Origin: Vicinamibacterales bacterium
Lineage (GTDB): Bacteria; Acidobacteriota; Vicinamibacteria; Vicinamibacterales; SCN-69-37
DNA length: 64,000 bases
Direction: 5' to 3'
Assembly (NCBI GenBank): GCA_039925145.1
Contig: JBDSZL010000004.1
Location: forward strand, 65,821 to 129,820
Part shown: piece by piece, positions 62,511 to 64,000 of the stretch
How the letters are laid out: each line of letters starts with the position of its first letter
Position numbering within the stretch: the first letter of the stretch is position 1
Made by a program: the position numbers and the translations under genes
Notes under the pieces: generated by a model
What the model was told of the DNA's origin: nothing
Databases searched by the model: none
What the model saw: the letters and a program-made list of their open reading frames with translations, nothing else

Positions 62511-62882
62511 ATGAGTAACAACGCCGTTGGCTGGTTCGAGATTTACGTCCAGGACGTGACGCGCTCGAAAGCGTTCTACGAAGGGGTCTTCCAGGTCTCG
62601 CTCCAGAAGCTGAACAGCGCCGAGATCGAGATGTGGGCATTCCCCATGAACATGGAAGGCACCGGTGCGGCCGGGTCGCTGGTACGAATGCCCGGGCTCG
62701 CGTCAGGTGGAAACAGCACGATTGTCTATTTCTCGTGCCGCGATTGCGCCGTCGAGGAATCACGGGTGGCTACGCACGGCGGGCGCGTGGATCGCCCCAA
62801 GATGTCGATTGGAGAGTACGGTTTCATCAGCCTGGTGTACGACACCGAAGGCAACATGATCGGGTTACATTCGACGCAGTAG
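62511..62882 (+). CDS. VOC/glyoxalase-family protein
   Basis: GGAGGG lies upstream of ATG 62511. MSNNAVGWFEIYVQDVTRSKAFYEGVF...GFISLVYDTEGNMIGLHS. Confidence 0.8.
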   Translation: MSNNAVGWFEIYVQDVTRSKAFYEGVFQVSLQKLNSAEIEMWAFPMNMEGTGAAGSLVRMPGLASGGNSTIVYFSCRDCAVEESRVATHGGRVDRPKMSIGEYGFISLVYDTEGNMIGLHSTQ

Positions 62883-62912
62883 CACCGCTCGAAGCTCTTA
62901 CCCGGGGACCGG

Positions 62913-63506
62913 TCACGCGTCAGTGCGTGGCCGGCCTCCAGCTGCGGCGGTCAGCACCGCGAGCAGCGTGTCGAGATCCCACGGGTCGTCGTGGCGGACG
63001 CCATTGATGAAGAACGTCGGCGTGCCGTTGACGCCGCTCCGAATCCCACTCATGAAATCCTGACGGACGCGGGACGCGTGCACGTGATCGATCAACTCGC
63101 GCTGAAGGCGCGACTCGTCGATGCCAATCTGGCCCGCGTACTCGGCCAGTTGACGATCGCCGAGCGCCTGCTGGTGTTCGAACAGCGCGTCGTGCATCTC
63201 CCAGAAATGTCCCTGGCTCGACGCGGCCTCGGATGCCTCGGCGGCATGCTGCGCGTGCCGGTGCATCTCACCGAGCGGGAAGTGCCGGAAGACGAAACGC
63301 AGCTGTTCGCCAAGTCGCCGCTGGATCTCCTGGATGACGGGATGCGCCCGGCCGCAGTGCGGACACTCGAAGTCGCCGTACTCCACGAGCGTCACAGACG
63401 CGTCGCCCGGGCCCTGTGCATGATCGCGCTCCGTGACGGCCACCGTCAGGCGGGCAACGCGATCAGCCGGCTCGGCTTCGGACTCAGGGCGGCGATGGTC
63501 AGCCAT
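62913..63506 (-). CDS. DsbA-family thiol:disulfide oxidoreductase
   Basis: YGDFECPHCGRAHPV (CxxC active site) in a thioredoxin-like fold. Overlaps the upstream gene by 8 nt. Confidence 0.85.
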   Translation of the reverse strand: MADHRRPESEAEPADRVARLTVAVTERDHAQGPGDASVTLVEYGDFECPHCGRAHPVIQEIQRRLGEQLRFVFRHFPLGEMHRHAQHAAEASEAASSQGHFWEMHDALFEHQQALGDRQLAEYAGQIGIDESRLQRELIDHVHASRVRQDFMSGIRSGVNGTPTFFINGVRHDDPWDLDTLLAVLTAAAGGRPRTDA

Positions 63507-64000
63507 GCTGGCTCTCCTGAGGCAGGGATTCGAGCGCGCGCAGGATGCCCTCGGCGCCAGGGTTGATGCCGATGGGCGACACGTGGCTCCAGCGGATAAT
63601 CCCGTCCGCGTCGATGACGAACAACGCGCGTTCGCTGATGCCGTCCTGTTCGCGGTACACGCCGTAAAGCCGTGCTACCTGTCCCTTGGGCTCGAAGTCC
63701 GAAAGCAGGGGGAAATGCAGGTGCCGCTCGTGGGCGAAGGCGACGTGGCACCACGAGCCGTCCACGGACACGCCGAGCAGCTCGGCATTGAACTTCTGGA
63801 ACTCGCTCACGGTCTCGTTATACAGCGCCATCTGGTCGCCGCAGACGGGGCTCCAGTCCGCCGGGTAGAAGGCGAGGATCACCGGCCGGCCGCGAAAGTC
63901 GCTGAGTGACACCAGTTGGTCCGGTGTGGTGTGCAACGAGAAGTCAGGCGCCTGTGTGCCCGCAGCCAGCGCGCCATGTGGCGTCGTGTCCGCGGCCGTT
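63499..64000 (-). CDS. Peroxiredoxin (AhpC/TSA, Bcp-like). The 5' end probably lies beyond the window.
   Basis: APDFSLHTTPDQLVSLSDFRGRPVILAFYPADWSPVCGDQ contains the peroxidatic Cys motif. The reading frame stays open to nt 64000 (TAADTTPHGALAAGTQ...) with no ATG in frame; the ORF-track TTG at 63936 falls inside the conserved domain. Confidence 0.8.
   Translation of the reverse strand, partial: TAADTTPHGALAAGTQAPDFSLHTTPDQLVSLSDFRGRPVILAFYPADWSPVCGDQMALYNETVSEFQKFNAELLGVSVDGSWCHVAFAHERHLHFPLLSDFEPKGQVARLYGVYREQDGISERALFVIDADGIIRWSHVSPIGINPGAEGILRALESLPQESQHG

Overview
This is a 64-kb, very GC-rich (about two-thirds G+C by eye), densely coding bacterial chromosomal segment. I recognise no rRNA, tRNA, CRISPR array, transposase or integrase. 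The gene content points to Acidobacteriota (inference): two PadR plus duplicated-FtsX 'ADOP' orphan-permease modules, a PEP-CTERM protein, a PQQ dehydrogenase/cytochrome c pair, and many secreted or TAT-signal proteins. About 50 protein genes are supportable. They cover core metabolism (pyc, speA, ilvC, serA), a co-directional UPF0182-clpS-clpA-grpE cluster, an opp/dpp-type peptide ABC operon, and a D-glucarate cluster (garL-like aldolase, TAT-signal UxuA-like dehydratase, gudP-like MFS, gudD). There are also redox/stress genes and signalling proteins (kinase-fold pseudokinase with PEGA domain, SnoaL-PP2C phosphatase, hybrid histidine kinase). Many neighbouring genes are coupled by 4-nt ATGA/GTGA overlaps (1731, 3560, 11755, 24313, 44478, 51968, 58596). 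The numerous long Arg-rich ORFs antisense to these genes are GC-composition artefacts. The observations I rank highest are: (1) a hybrid sensor kinase followed by an atypical diadenylate-cyclase-fold protein (DGA kept, RHR changed to RHL). (2) A 168-bp, roughly 95% identical direct repeat (the 3' end of an ADOP permease plus downstream DNA) bracketing an inverted PadR-ADOP cassette. (3) Near-identical TTGACA-N17-TAnnnT promoters and a shared CAC(G)TAGTGTCTC motif in front of both PadR genes. (4) A 145-codon in-frame relic of treY (N-terminus fused to C-terminus) translationally coupled to a membrane-anchored MutS-domain-V ATPase. (5) A shared 34-bp palindromic leader element upstream of adjacent GNAT and cupin genes. 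(6) A 399-aa orphan protein with a possible lysozyme-like motif. (7) Matching Gly/Arg-rich insertions in the PQQ dehydrogenase and its partner cytochrome c. I do not see an unambiguous novel multi-gene system such as a defence island. The candidates are hypotheses that need HMM, structure and synteny checks I cannot run here.
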